Source: Balanoglossus misakiensis | Lineage: Eukaryota; Animalia; Hemichordata | Assembly: GCA_040954595.2 (NCBI GenBank) | Contig: CM082585.2 | Coordinates: 572,814-636,813, forward strand | Length of the DNA: 64,000 bases | Direction: 5' to 3' | In this document: positions 52,101 to 64,000 of the stretch, piece after piece | Layout of the letters: every line of letters begins with the position of its first letter | How positions within the stretch are numbered: position 1 is the first letter of the stretch | Made by a program: the position numbers and the translations under genes | The notes under the pieces: generated by a model | The model's input: only the letters and a program-made list of their open reading frames with translations | What the model was told of the DNA's origin: nothing | Databases searched by the model: none

Positions 52101-55100
52101 ACGCACTCCCTTTATTCCTTATGATTTAGAGTCATTAAGTGAAAGGTGGAAAGATTTTTGAATATGCTTCGTTCATTCTAAGAATGATCTAATTTCAGGG
52201 ACTTGTGGATGAATTGTAATGTTTATAATCTTTACGGCCCTGATACGGGTTTTGTGGCCCGAGGTCGTACGGCGGAAGCGCCCGACCGCAGGGAGGGCGG
52301 GAATCGTCGTACGACCAATGGCCGCAAAACCCGTATCAGGGCCATAAAGGTTTTATCATATGCCTTATTGAACGATAATCTACAAGAAACTAATAAAATA
52401 CACATTCTGTAATATTTTGGAATGTAAATATTATGTGTTTATCTATCGTTTTGGAATGATCTATCCCGTAGCATAGAGGCGCATTCCTCCAGTTCTTGCG
52501 GATTGATATGCACGATGTCATTTGCTTATATTCTATTGCACGTGAGATATAGACGCGCTCGAACTCACAGAGCCGAGCGCGAGCAAAACATTTTTTCTTC
52601 GCGACGATCGACGCCGACAGTCACACATTAATCAAATCAAATCATCAATTTTACTATTCATATTTCCAAATAAAGCTCTACAACATGCAGCGATTACGGA
52701 AGATGATGGGATTCGGTAGCGGCATAGGACATACACACACTGCAAGTGCACTAGTCACTGACACCGCACCAGAAAAATTTAATTCCGAACGTAGCAATGA
52801 CAACTTTCGAATCTCGCGCAATAAACACAAAACTAGATCCGGATATTGAACGCGTCTTCCAAATATGGTCACCGGGCCGGGGCGTGATAAGCAAAAAAAC
52901 TGCACGGATGTGAGGGCGCTTTTCCCCATAGACTTTACGTGGGCACGTGAATATAGGCATATGATAATCAGTGTTTCCGCTACCCGCTCGCCAAATCGCA
53001 AATGCGAGTAAAAAATTGTGTTTGGCGAGACGATTTTCATACAAATTAGCCAAACTTGCGAAGCACTGCTATCTAACATCGTCGTTTCTTGTGCCATGAT
53101 CAGCGCGAGTTCACTGCACTACAACGCGTGAAAGTGGACCGTTGTTCTGTTCATTGATCATCACCCCCTGTATATCATGAACATCGTAAGGCAATGCATT
53201 GAATTCAGCTCTTCCAGCTAGTGGTCGCACTCGCTTGATTTCCTGTGTGTGTCTCTGGGGACGCAAAGAATGCATGTGCGTCTTTTCCTAATTTGCATAT
53301 TTTGAATGGGTTATGCTTACAAATTGATACATTTTAGGTCTGCCTTGACTGGAACGCGTCAAGTGTACAGGTTGTTATGGAAGTTTCTCTGTTTAGAAAC
53401 GCTAGTGTAGTGGCTGGCCCGTCAAAAGCTGGCCGTGCATAGTGGAGTACGTAATGTTTTGGCTGCCCAAACGTGCAAGTTAGGTTGACAATTTACATGC
53501 CCTGCATCAATATTTTTTTTAAAGTTTTTTTTTATATTGTTTTATTGAAAATCAACCAGCAACAGTATCCACAATATCTCTTGTCTCAATTATGAGCGTA
53601 TATATCAAGTTCATCTCTCAATATAAAGAGAAGGAAAAAAATAAATACACTTCAATATTCACTATCCAACTCAGACATTCTCTATTTGCCTGTTGGGTAA
53701 ATTTTCAAAAAAACAAAACAAACAAAAACATGAAGACGAACAAGGACCAACAGCAGGCAAACACCTTAAGTCTCCTTACAAAATACTTGTGAACTTGTCA
53801 TCAAGAACCACCAACATAAGTTAAACATACAGTGCATCAATTTTTAGTTGCCCAAGGCAATCAGTCAAAGCTTAATTTGAAGCCCTGATTCTTTTCATTT
53901 TGTGACACCCCCCCTCCGAATCAGCTGTTGCGGCAGGATTGGTTTGGCTAATGCAAAGTCAAGTTTGGCTAGTAAATTTTCATGTCTTTTAGCCAAATTG
54001 CTAGAAGATTTTGAAACCCAGAGGAAACACTGGATAATAAACATACAAATGCGGCACGACGACCCCTCACATTTATGAGTCAAAGTATTTGTCTGCATGC
54101 ATTCTTATCATTGTGATCCTTGTTCTGACAGACTGTCCCGAAATTGTGATTGGTTAGGGCGTGGTGACCAGAACAGATGATAGAAGCTATGATGTCACTG
54201 TCTCATTCCAATGCTTGGATGGTTATCAGAAAGTGTCTGGTACTGTCTCTTCTCTCACTTGTCTCTTTGGTGGAAACTGGAATGAAGAGGATCCTCTCAA
54301 GTTACCAGCATGTCAAAGTAAGGCAATAGTGCACTATTCTTCGATATCAAATAACGTCAGACGCAGTTCCGTTGGCATTCAAATTTCCAGATGACGGGCA
54401 ACATCAACAACTTGGTGCAGACAAAGACAGTGCAGATGAAACGCCATGAGGCTGATGAGGCACCATACCTGATACATGTTACGTGTCTGGTAGTTCTAAA
54501 GTAAAAACATACTCGGAAAAACTTTTACTGGATGCCGAAATATTGTTTGCCCGTCATCTGGGGCGCGTTCGATTTGCACGATCATGATTGTGATTGGCCA
54601 ATCGTGATCGTGATTGCGCGTTCGAATACGCCCAATCATAATCATGATTGACAATCACAACAATCACGCCTCCGAGCGTGATTGTTGTGATTAAACACAC
54701 AAAAATGGCGGACGACGCAGCAGCCGGTACCGAAGCGGCGGTAATTTTAAAACTCCCAAGAGCCGTGTTTGACTTGTATTGCGATATTTTAAGTTGTTAG
54801 ACGCAAGTTGAATTATAAGTGCTATATTTTATTTATATTATACTTCGTTTTTACCATGGATCAAAAAAAAATGTCAGGGCGCCAGTCCGAGGTCTGCCTA
54901 TCGTATTCTACTGTACTGGGTTAAGGGAGCGTTCGCTCGGTAATTATGATAACTGTTTTGTTTGTCAGTTTGTTTTGTCTAACAAAAATTGAGTATTTTC
55001 AAACATTTTAATCGTAAAAGTACGCACCGACGCTGATGGCAGCCATTACATGTAAACATGATTACGCTATTCCGTTTTGTTTACAGCCTCGCTTTCAACA

Positions 55101-58100
55101 ATGACGTCACGCCAATCACAATCATGATCGTGCAAATCGAATGCGCCCCTGGAAATGACAACACCGTGGGTCACATGGCCAGATCACGTGATTGATATTA
55201 AAGAATTGGTAGGACCGAATCCAGTAGAAGGGGTCCAGCTAATTTCTACATAATTTGGTAGCTTTGAGGTCACTCTTTCAGAAGAAAAAAAAACATTTTT
55301 AGAAACCCATTGCCTGTTGATTTCCAGTGCGTAAACAAGCCTACATTTCCTGTTCCACAGTTCAGTCAAGTTTAGGAGAAAAACTAAAGTCGTCTCAATG
55401 TGAACTGTAACTCATGTAGGAATTAATGACTTCTCGTACAGGTGTCATGTTGTTTGTAGGTATAAAATTTCTGTGATGGGAATTATTAATGTGAAGATAT
55501 GATTCAATCTAACTTATAGTTGTTTATTTTATGAACATTTAAAGGGACAAAGTCTCACTCGCTGCCCTTTTCCATGAATTATGTTTGATACAAGACACCG
55601 TTTATGTTATTCTACATGTGGGTATACATGTATAGTGAATCAACGTTCGACCACACACAACTTCCATACTGTTGAGTAATGAGAGTAAAAATCTCGCCAA
55701 AATGAGTAAATGGTAGAGACCGATTATTCATTTTGGCGAGTTTTTCACTCTTGTGTCTATAAATGGGATGGAATTTGTGTGTGGTTGAATGTTGTTTCAC
55801 TATACCATGGTGTCTTGTATCAAAGATGATTAATGAAAAAGGGGGAGCGAGATAGACTTAATTTGTCCCTTGAATCTATTGTTAGTAACAACTTGAATGA
55901 CACTAATTTGTTGTTTATTTTTTAGGAATAACATGTGGTGGACCCCCTGAGTGCAGCAGTGGAATTCTTACCAATGTTACCAGTACAGTGTATGGTGGAA
56001 TTGCTTATTATCAATGCATTGAGGGCCATCAGTTTATAAATAATGTGACTTCATTGGAATGCCAAGCAGATGGTGTCTGGGGTCCGCTTGTGCCCCAATG
56101 CGAGCGTAAGTTGATATTTTTGAAAACAATTAAACTGTCATTGTAGTGCACACGTAGGAGACGGATTTTACAGGGTATATTGGCCTACTGTTTGGAGTAG
56201 AACAAAACATTGCATTTGGTACAGAGAACAAAAAATACTCTAAAACAGGTTATTTTCGCAACAGGAAATTTTCGCAATATCGAAAGAGGCAACTGTTATG
56301 CGAGGATTAATTTTCGCGTTTTCATATCTCTGAAAAAACATTTTACGCGACTTTTTATTTTCATGTTCTTTGGCTCTCGCGTATTTCGCTGAAATGTTTT
56401 GCTCGCGAAAATAGCCCATTTTGCAGTACTTAAAATAAAGCCAATTACAAGTTACTGTAGCTACATGTAATGTCCCTTTAAACTTTTTTCCTAGTAGTAA
56501 CACGCTTGTGATGTTATCTGTTCATCTTACCCAAACAGCTCGTGAGTGTCCACCACCGAATGTAGACAACTACTTATCTTATGAAATTGTTAATGGTGAT
56601 TCATTGGTTTTTGGAACAACCATTGCCTACTCATGTCCATCTGGCTACAGTCTGACTGGCTACACTGTCTCTACATGTGGTGAAGATGGATCTTGGATTA
56701 GAGATCCAGGATACTGCAACGTAAGTCATTTAAGGACATGTACGTTCACTAAAATTGAAAGTATGGTCATTTCTTTTAATTGTTGATTTTTGGATTCGCC
56801 TTTGTATGTATAATGAAAATCAGTAATGAAATATACGGGTCACCGTGCTTGTTTTTGAAATACAGAGCCATGAATTCAGTCGATAATAGAAGAAAAGGAG
56901 TCTATGGTATCTGGACTTTTATAGTGGGAACTTGGGGTGAAAAGGTTAAAGTTGTTTCACAATACAGGTACCTGATACATACCGGTATACCATAACCAAG
57001 TCTGAATCCACATAATCCATAAAGATGTTTTATTTTTTTTTACTTGCAGGATTAAACTGCAGTGACATACTCATAACAGACCAACATTTACAAGCTGTCC
57101 CAGATAGTGGACCATATTATATGGGCAGCAACATCACATTCTATTGCGATGCTGGCTATGAATTAAATGGTGCTGATTACCTGACTTGTCAATCAGATTT
57201 ACAGTGGAATGATGCAATACCATCATGCATTGGTAAGTTCACATCATGATTGGTCTTCATGTGGTTGTCTGCTTATTAGGCCAAAAAAGGAAATGTTTCT
57301 GGTCAGACCCTTCTTTAAAAACTGGTGGGGGGACGCAAATTTAAAAATAAAAATTTCCTTCAAGGGAGGAAGGCCGTCAGTTTTATAGTTTTTATCAATA
57401 TAGTCACATGTACACTGTTCATGCAGTCATTGATTACACGGCCCAAAGTGTCCTGTGATTTATATCTAGTTGAAGCAGTTTGAGTTTGCCGTGGCCGCCA
57501 CCACAAACCAGGAAAAAAATGGGGGTGACGCGCTGTTATTCAAGTGACCCGCGCGCTGACCAGAAACATTTCATTTTTTGGCCTGAGTTATTGTAATCAC
57601 TCAAGTAATTTGACTGCTCCATTAGTTTGACCACCCACTAATCTTTGGATAATTAATTATTCTAAAACCTCCAATTGTTCGACCAGTGCGTGACTGCATA
57701 ATTCCCCCACCCCTCACCCCCACCCCCTGAGTTTAAAACAACTTTTAATATCCTCATATAAGTGCCCTTTATCGCTACAGGAAATTTTTGCGACCGGAAA
57801 TTTTCGCGATATAAAAAGCAGAAACTGTTACGAGACGATTAAGTTTCATGTTCTCGTATTTCACTGCATTGTCATCACTGAAAAACATTTTTAAGCGAAT
57901 TTTTATTTTCACTACATCTTTTTTGGCTCTCTAGCGTAAAAATTTACTGTTTGCGAAAATTTCCCGTTGGTCTATTACCCAGCTAAACTTGTTGGTCCGA
58001 ATTTTCCCCTTGGACCTCTGGGATTTTGATCATATCTTGATGAATAACATTTCAGATATCAATGAATGTAGTACATTGGTGGCACCATGTGGAATCAATC

Positions 58101-60831
58101 AAGTCTGTGAAAATAGAGATGGTGACTATCAGTGTGCATGTCTGGTGGGATTTGAACCGGATGTGAATGGAACAGCATGCAAAGGTGAGACATACCCAGT
58201 CACATACAACATAACTTCAAGTCACTATTCACATTTAGCACATTCCAAACTATCTGGATAAATTTTCAGAATTTCCTTGTAATTTTAAATTTTCTTCAAC
58301 AGACATATTAAAGTGTTGCGATCACCTTGACACAACTTTATCATAATTTATCTTTTAAGTTCATTCACAACCTAAAAACAGTCATTTCCTGGAAATGTTC
58401 ATCTGTTTTCTCTAAAATATCAGCTGAACTGTTTTGTAGAAGGAAATGTTCAACTAATTATTTCACAGATTTTTTTTCTCCCAAAAATTGCTGAATTTTT
58501 CACTGATTCCCCCCCCCCTAAATTCAGCTGAATTTTACACTGATCAGACACTTTTGGAAAGGTGTGGCACAAATTACTGAACGTACATCCTTAATGCAAT
58601 TTTTTAATCCAACCCATGTTCCTTCTTTACTACTTTGTAGATATAAATGAATGTGCTTCACATTCTTGTGATCAACTTTGTGAAAACACTGCAGGTGGTT
58701 TTCAATGTTCCTGTGAAGAAGGCTATCTCTTATATGCAAATAACGACACAGGTGGATTCTATCTGCCACCTGGAGAAACTGGTCTCTCAATGTATGATGT
58801 CTACACTTTTAACCAATCATGTATTCGTAAGTATCATGTTAAACTATAGAGTTAAAGGTATATGATCACCCATGGAAAATTAGCTATAATAGTAACCATG
58901 GAAAATTGAAATCTAGCCAATCACAGACTTTCAGTGGGAGGTACACGTGAAAAAAGAGCGCCACGATATGTTCTTTAGAAGGCTCTAATACGCCATTTCA
59001 GCCATATATGGGCATATATAAATTGGAGGTGACTGTATACCTTTAACCAATATTTGTCATATTATTGACCTTTAAACCGCAATGAATTTGCAGCGACAAA
59101 AATTGGACAAATGGCTGAATTTCATAATTGGATTTCATAATTTTGCCGTAATTCAGTTATGAAATGTGGAGAAACTCAGCAGACCAACTTTGCACCGTTA
59201 TTATTCATTTTGGATTTGTTTCTCTCCTGCTAACAAAAGTGTGCTCTCACCTTATGGCATGAACATGCATTGAATTCTGAGGAAACGGGGATTATTACTT
59301 GAGTGTATTTACAAAGACAAACAAGCTCACTGGTAGCATTTAAAGGGGAAGTCCGGTTCAGCTACATAATTGGGTAGCTTTGAGGTCATTCTTTCAGAAA
59401 AAAACATTGTGTAGAAATTATGCATAAATCAGCTGGACTGGACTTCCCTTTTAATATTTCCAAGCGAGGCAATGGGTTTACTGCAACAATTATTACTTTG
59501 AAAACACAGTGTAAAACAACAATCATGATATACCGGTAAATGTTACTTTAATAGATAGTCATACTTATATAAGCATGACTGTCTATGTTGGTCTGTAAGT
59601 TGTATTTGAAAGAAAAGTTTCATGTACGAATAGTACGAAGATTGACATTTACTTATAATAATAATGTTTATTTCAAATGTCAGGGCCTCAGCCCATCACA
59701 CAAAGACATTCCACCCTCAGAGAGAAAAGAAAAAATACATGGAATCACAAACTATAAGCCAATGTATCAATTTCGCTGCATTTGCTGCTGTACAAAGTAA
59801 TCCCGCTTCTTAAAAGACTTATGAACAAAAACTGCAAGTGTATATTGAAGTTGCTGAGTTTTAGAAGTTAGCAGAGCAAAACATTTTTCCCGTGTAGGGT
59901 TAATACGGTTTTTTAGAGGAATAAGCTTAGACCTCTCCTCCTCATACAATGGACAAAATAGCAAAAAATGACACTCATCCTCAACAATTGCTATACCTTG
60001 CTTTTCACAGTAGGGACATGTTCTCTGACACAAGGGAATAGATGGCATACAGTGCCGTCCCTTTTCAATGGCTAACTTATGACTTGAGCAGCGAAGACGT
60101 GCCAGGTCAAATTTAAATTTTGTAATTTTAATACATGACAAGTATAATTCAGGTTCAAGCATGGATTTATATTGAGCATACTGACGCAATCTGTGGGAAT
60201 CATTAATTGAAGCTGCCCATTCCTGTCTGCAACAATCACGTAATCGTTCATGGAACATTTTCAAAAACATGTTTGACTCCCCCACCTGTTGCTCAAACCA
60301 GACAACTCCAAATCCATACTTGAACAATAATTCTCGTACCTTTGTTGCCCATGTAACTCTCCCCGCGGAGTCTAAATTTCTTAACATTTCGTAGCAGGCT
60401 TTTGGGTATCGAGAATTATCCATCTTTAGTAGTTTAAGCCAGTATGAAATACAACGCTTCATGTATGTGCAGGAGAGTGGCAACCTTCCACATTCCCCGA
60501 AGATTGACATTTAGTGTTCTATGTAATGGCTATAGTTTGTCATTCTATAAAAACATATATTAATTTGTGTGTACTTCACCAATATTCTCTTCTTATTCCT
60601 AATCTTGTACAGCCGTGACGTGTATTGTACCCAACATTTCCAACCCAATCCCTATTCCAAATCCACGTGAAGGATCCCTAGTCTGGAACATAGAGGAAAC
60701 TGGTGATATTCTGGTGGAGTTCAATAGCACCATTACATTCTATTGTTTGGAGGGTTTTCAACTGAATGGACAGTCCACTCTGTTGGGAACAGTGGAAGGC
60801 CAGTATGATGCGGACTTTCCAACTTGCACAC
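46171..60831 (+). CDS. uif: Uninflatable-like large extracellular protein (C-type lectin, LDLa, 3 CUB, CCP/sushi, Ca-EGF); partial and possibly pseudogenised
   Basis: Exons 46171-46289 and 46720-46935 (CLECT: GWIG, WADTEPD, CV, WYHARC); 47774-47878 (LDLa); 48661-48794, 49342-49543, 49771-49922, 50727-50928 and 51752-51936 (CUBs); 54132-54317, 55926-56105, 56539-56720 and 57050-57232 (CCPs); 58056-58184 and 58641-58826 (DINEC EGF, the second with a long insert [21 protein letters not shown]...FNQSC that I recall as Uif-like); 60613-60831 (CCP). The domain order matches Uif. Confidence 0.85.
46500..46683. mobile_element. Small hAT-like MITE
   Basis: TIR CAGTTTTTCATCCAG / CTGGATGAAACACTG with a 7-bp flanking direct repeat CTGTATG. 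Confidence 0.7.
47024..47290. repeat. Purine-rich (GA/GGGA) low-complexity tract
   Basis: Direct reading. It has G-quadruplex/H-DNA potential. Confidence 0.9.
50358..50611. mobile_element. Kolobok-type palindromic MITE (AGGGACAAAG family), copy 1
   Basis: AGGGACAAAGTCTCTC...GAGAGACTTTGCCCC-TTAA. Confidence 0.75.
51014..51362. mobile_element. AGGGACAAAG MITE, copy 2 (near-complete palindrome); a partial copy lies at 51974-52033
   Basis: Long self-complementarity, ending CTTTGTCCCT-TTAA. Confidence 0.8.
52231..52348. repeat. 118-bp imperfect palindrome, possibly the end of a Crypton-type element
   Basis: TTTACGGCCCTGATACGGGTTTTGTGGCC...GGCCGCAAAACCCGTATCAGGGCCATAAA. Confidence 0.7.
54561..55148. 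mobile_element. PIF/Harbinger-like MITE with 38-bp TIRs, nested in the TIR of an older small element
   Basis: GGGCGCGTTCGATTTGCACGATCATGATTGTGATTGGC and its inverse, with a CTG TSD. The rejoined empty site TTGCCCGTCATCTGGAAAT is the inverse of 54383-54401. Confidence 0.85.
55543..55870. mobile_element. AGGGACAAAG MITE, copy 4
   Basis: TTAA-AGGGACAAAG...TTTGTCCCT. Confidence 0.75.
57279..57583. mobile_element. MITE with GGCCAAAAAA..GAAATGTTTCTGGTCAG TIRs
   Basis: Inverted ends read directly. Confidence 0.7.
59652..60497 (-). mobile_element. 5'-truncated CR1/L2-group LINE, antisense within an intron
   Basis: ORF 59767-60510 is homologous to the ORF2 C-terminus at 23800-24460 (GECGR, YWLKLL, RYP, LEPE, RCSSH, EDECHF). 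16-bp direct repeat CGAAGATTGACATTTA at 59636-59651 and 60498-60513. Confidence 0.9.
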
Positions 60832-60896
60832 GTAAGTCAATATTTTTTTTTTAATCAGAAAACCTTGATATTATTATACATCTGGCATCGAGAACA

Positions 60897-63800
60897 TAGT
60901 GTGGTATGATGTGTATTCCCGTAGGATTTTTGTGCTAAAATTGATTTTTTTGCTGTTTTGGCTTCTACGGGGACCCAACTACCCGAAAATGATGGGGTGC
61001 AATTTTAAGGGCCCCTCCATCATATTTTTCTGGGGGGGGGTACTTCCGTTTTGTGGTATGATGTGTATTCCCGTAGGATTTTTCTGCTAAAATTGATTTT
61101 TTTTGCTGTTTGGCTTCAATGGGGACCCAACTACCCAAAAATCATGGGGTGCAATTTTTAGGGCCCCTCCATCAATATTTTTTTCGGGGGGTCTCTTCTG
61201 TTTTGGTCACTCGAGGATATTTGTTCACCTATTTACTCTATCATCATGGGAATTTGGGCTACAATTAATTTGTTTTTGTTGTGTTTGCTTTGGAGGGGAC
61301 CCACCTGGCCAAAAATAATCGGGTGCAAATTATAGGGCCCCTCCATCATTTTTTATTTGGGGGGGGGGGGGGGGGGGCACTTCCATTTTGGCCACTCCGA
61401 AGTTGTTTGTTGGCCTATTTACTCCCTTCTCATAGAATATTTTGCTAAAAATATTATTTTTCTTTGATGTTTTGGTTTCAATGGGGCTCCACCAGAACTA
61501 AAATGATGGGGTTCAAATTTTTGGAACCTTCCATCATGTCTTGGGGGGGGGGGGGAGGGTAATCATTTCTGTTTTGGCCACCCTGAAGATACTTATTCAC
61601 CTATTTACTATACGGTTAGTATTGTCGTGGTATTTCTTGCAATTTGGTTTGCTCCTTTGGCTTGAATGCAGACTGACTGCCGAAAAGTGATGGTGTGCAA
61701 AATGTTGGACCCCTTTACCACATTTTTTGGTGGGGGGGGGGGGGTTCTCTATATTTGTTTTCGCCAACCCGTTGTAACAGTAGTTTTTTTAATCTTAGAA
61801 TTTTTCGTTTATTCTAAATTTAGTATACTAAGGTAAATTAAAACTCCTTTATATATAATAAAGTACATAATGTGCATTTTAGTTTATTTTCCAAGCTACA
61901 GTCCCATCTCATAAAATGGACCCTTGAGGCACCCTCCCTACCACGGACGGTGCAATAAACAACCCAAGAAGCATAACGATTCTTTTCTGATATCTTGGTA
62001 TTCTCAATCATCATTTTCACAAAACCCAGTTCTGTTTGATCTACTCATCGCCAGTGTCGTTATCTTCAAGAACATTTCCCCCTGGTTTTCAGTCTCCACC
62101 ATAGCATTTGCAGAGGGGAGTACATAGTAAATCATTCTTTGAGCAACTGCAACGTCCCCTACAACCTGCTTTGCAGCCACATTTGATAAGCTCTAGTACT
62201 GCCTTTGGTGCAGGGAGAGCAAGACATTTTACTGGATAAAACACGCCATTCTCCGATTTCCACCCATTCTTTTCGATTGGTGGAAGTTCAGGACAATTTG
62301 TTGCGTATGATTTATCTCTCATTGTGATGAAGGGGTGGCACCCTTTTCACAGATCACGCAAATCTTATTTTTATCTACATATTAATTCTGTAGTTTATTG
62401 CAAAATGTCCTAATAGCTATCGAACTGGAACGTAAAACGCTGCTTACGGTGCTAAGAAAATAGCCAATATGTATTTAGTAATAAAACTGAGATGTAGTTC
62501 ACAGACTTGTTTTATTTTCAGTAGTATTGAGCTACAAAATGAGCCAAATTTGATATTGTTAATGTTTACCAAAACAAGTTTTAGAAGTAAGACATAGTTC
62601 AAGGGCTTTTTACAGCACTATTTTGCTATTGGCATGAAAATTTTGAAAATACTACTTTAAAATAGACAATACTTCAACTGATATGGCTTTATTTACGACA
62701 GTATTTAACTTTGAAATGAGTTCAACTGAATATCGTTTTAATACCCCAAAAAACAAGTGTTGATTAAAACGTACTTCAGAGTTTATGCACAGACTTATAT
62801 CGGTGAGAATTTTAGTACAATGGTAAATATCTCAGACATTGATTGTGCTACGAAAGAATAAACAACTCTTAACGAAAAAGTTACCAGAATCATATGCATA
62901 TGATTCTGGTAACTCACGGCCCCTCGGGTGTAATAAACGGCTGCTATGGCCCTCATGGCCAGGCAATAGGTGTTCACTATTTGGTATAGCCTAGTATACT
63001 ATATTTTTGTAAACCATAGAAAACATGAGTGTGGTGATGAGTTGGGTGGCGGTCCAAGGTGAGGGGAGGTATATTATGCTAAGTCCAAACCAGAGAGATA
63101 TTTGTGGTTGATTTGTTAGTGTCAAAATTCAACTAAGTATATTTATAAAAATAAGATAGCGCTGTAGTATATGTGACAACTGATACAAATGTAGGTAACT
63201 GATATGTTTACCCATAAACCGTCTAATATTTAAGATTCCCAATATGTGGAGAGGCCCTAAAATTTGACCTCATTTTTGAGCAGTTAGGTCCCCATAGAAG
63301 TTAAAAAAAAAGAAATTGGAAGAAATCCTTTACAAATACACATGTCACACTATGAACAAATATCTCCAGGACTGCTAAAACTAAAGTGACCCCCCCCCCC
63401 TGCAAGAAAATGTGATGGAGGGGTCCAACAAATTGATTTCCATCATTTTGGGGATGTTTATTCATCATTGAAACCAAAACAGCAAACAAAACAAATAACT
63501 ATTAGCAAAAACTCCTACGAGAATACACGGTATAGGTGAACAAATACCGTTAAGATTGTCGGAATGTAAGTGCCCCCCACAAATGTAATAGAGGGGCCCT
63601 AAAATTTGCATGTGATCTTTTGTGACCAGGTGTCGAAACAGCAAAAAAAAAATTCTTTAGCAGAAAATTCTACGAAAATGGAGTAGATAGGTGAATAAAT
63701 ATCTTCGGGGAGGCCAAAACAGGAGTGACGACCCCCCCCCCCCCGAAAAAATATGATGGAGGGGCCCTAAAAATTGCACCCCATCATTTTCGGGTAGTTG

Positions 63801-64000
63801 GGTCCCCATAGAAGCCAAAACAGCAAAAAAATCAATTTTAGCACAAAAATCCTACTGGAATACACATCATACCACAAAACGGAAGTACCCCCCCCCCCGA
63901 GAAAAATATGATGGAGGGGCCCTTAAAATTGCACCCCATCATTTTCGGGTAGTTGGGTCCCAATAGAAGCCAAAACAGCAAAAAAATCAATTTTAGCACA
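60897..64000 (-). mobile_element. Academ-like internally deleted DNA transposon with long inverted arms made of ~152-bp subrepeats; extends beyond the window
   Basis: 60900-61800 is the inverse of ~63250-64000. Internal ORF 62089-62322 encodes GW...PAPKAVLELIKCGCKAGCRGRCSCSKNDLLCTPLCKC, a Cys8/CXC C-terminus typical of Academ-type proteins. Confidence 0.65.

Overview
AT-rich, repeat-dense eukaryotic DNA with spliceosomal introns. It probably comes from a marine invertebrate (deuterostome-like; inference only). Contents from left to right: (1) 1-12.2 kb, a ~3-kb-arm inverted repeat enclosing remnants of a secreted pentraxin-type gene; (2) 12.9-19.3 kb, MITEs and Helentron-associated (HINE-like) elements; (3) 19.9-24.6 kb, a near full-length but disrupted CR1/L2-group LINE with a 2A-like peptide and only one in-frame TAG between ORF1 and an AUG-less ORF2; (4) 26.6-35.6 kb, a composite block with two rearranged head-to-head copies of a spliced tandem OB-fold (RPA-like) gene, a GC-rich foreign ORF fragment, a ~309-bp tandem array and a tRNA-Gln-like cloverleaf; (5) 35.7-40.8 kb, a TTAA-bounded Kolobok-type DDE transposase gene split into 11 exons, which the ORF track shows only as fragments; (6) 46.2-60.8 kb, at least 15 exons of an uninflatable-like CLECT-LDLa-CUB-CCP-EGF gene with apparent lesions; (7) 60.9-64 kb, an Academ-like deletion derivative with long inverted arms. 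All assignments come from manual translation and motif recognition. No database searches were run.
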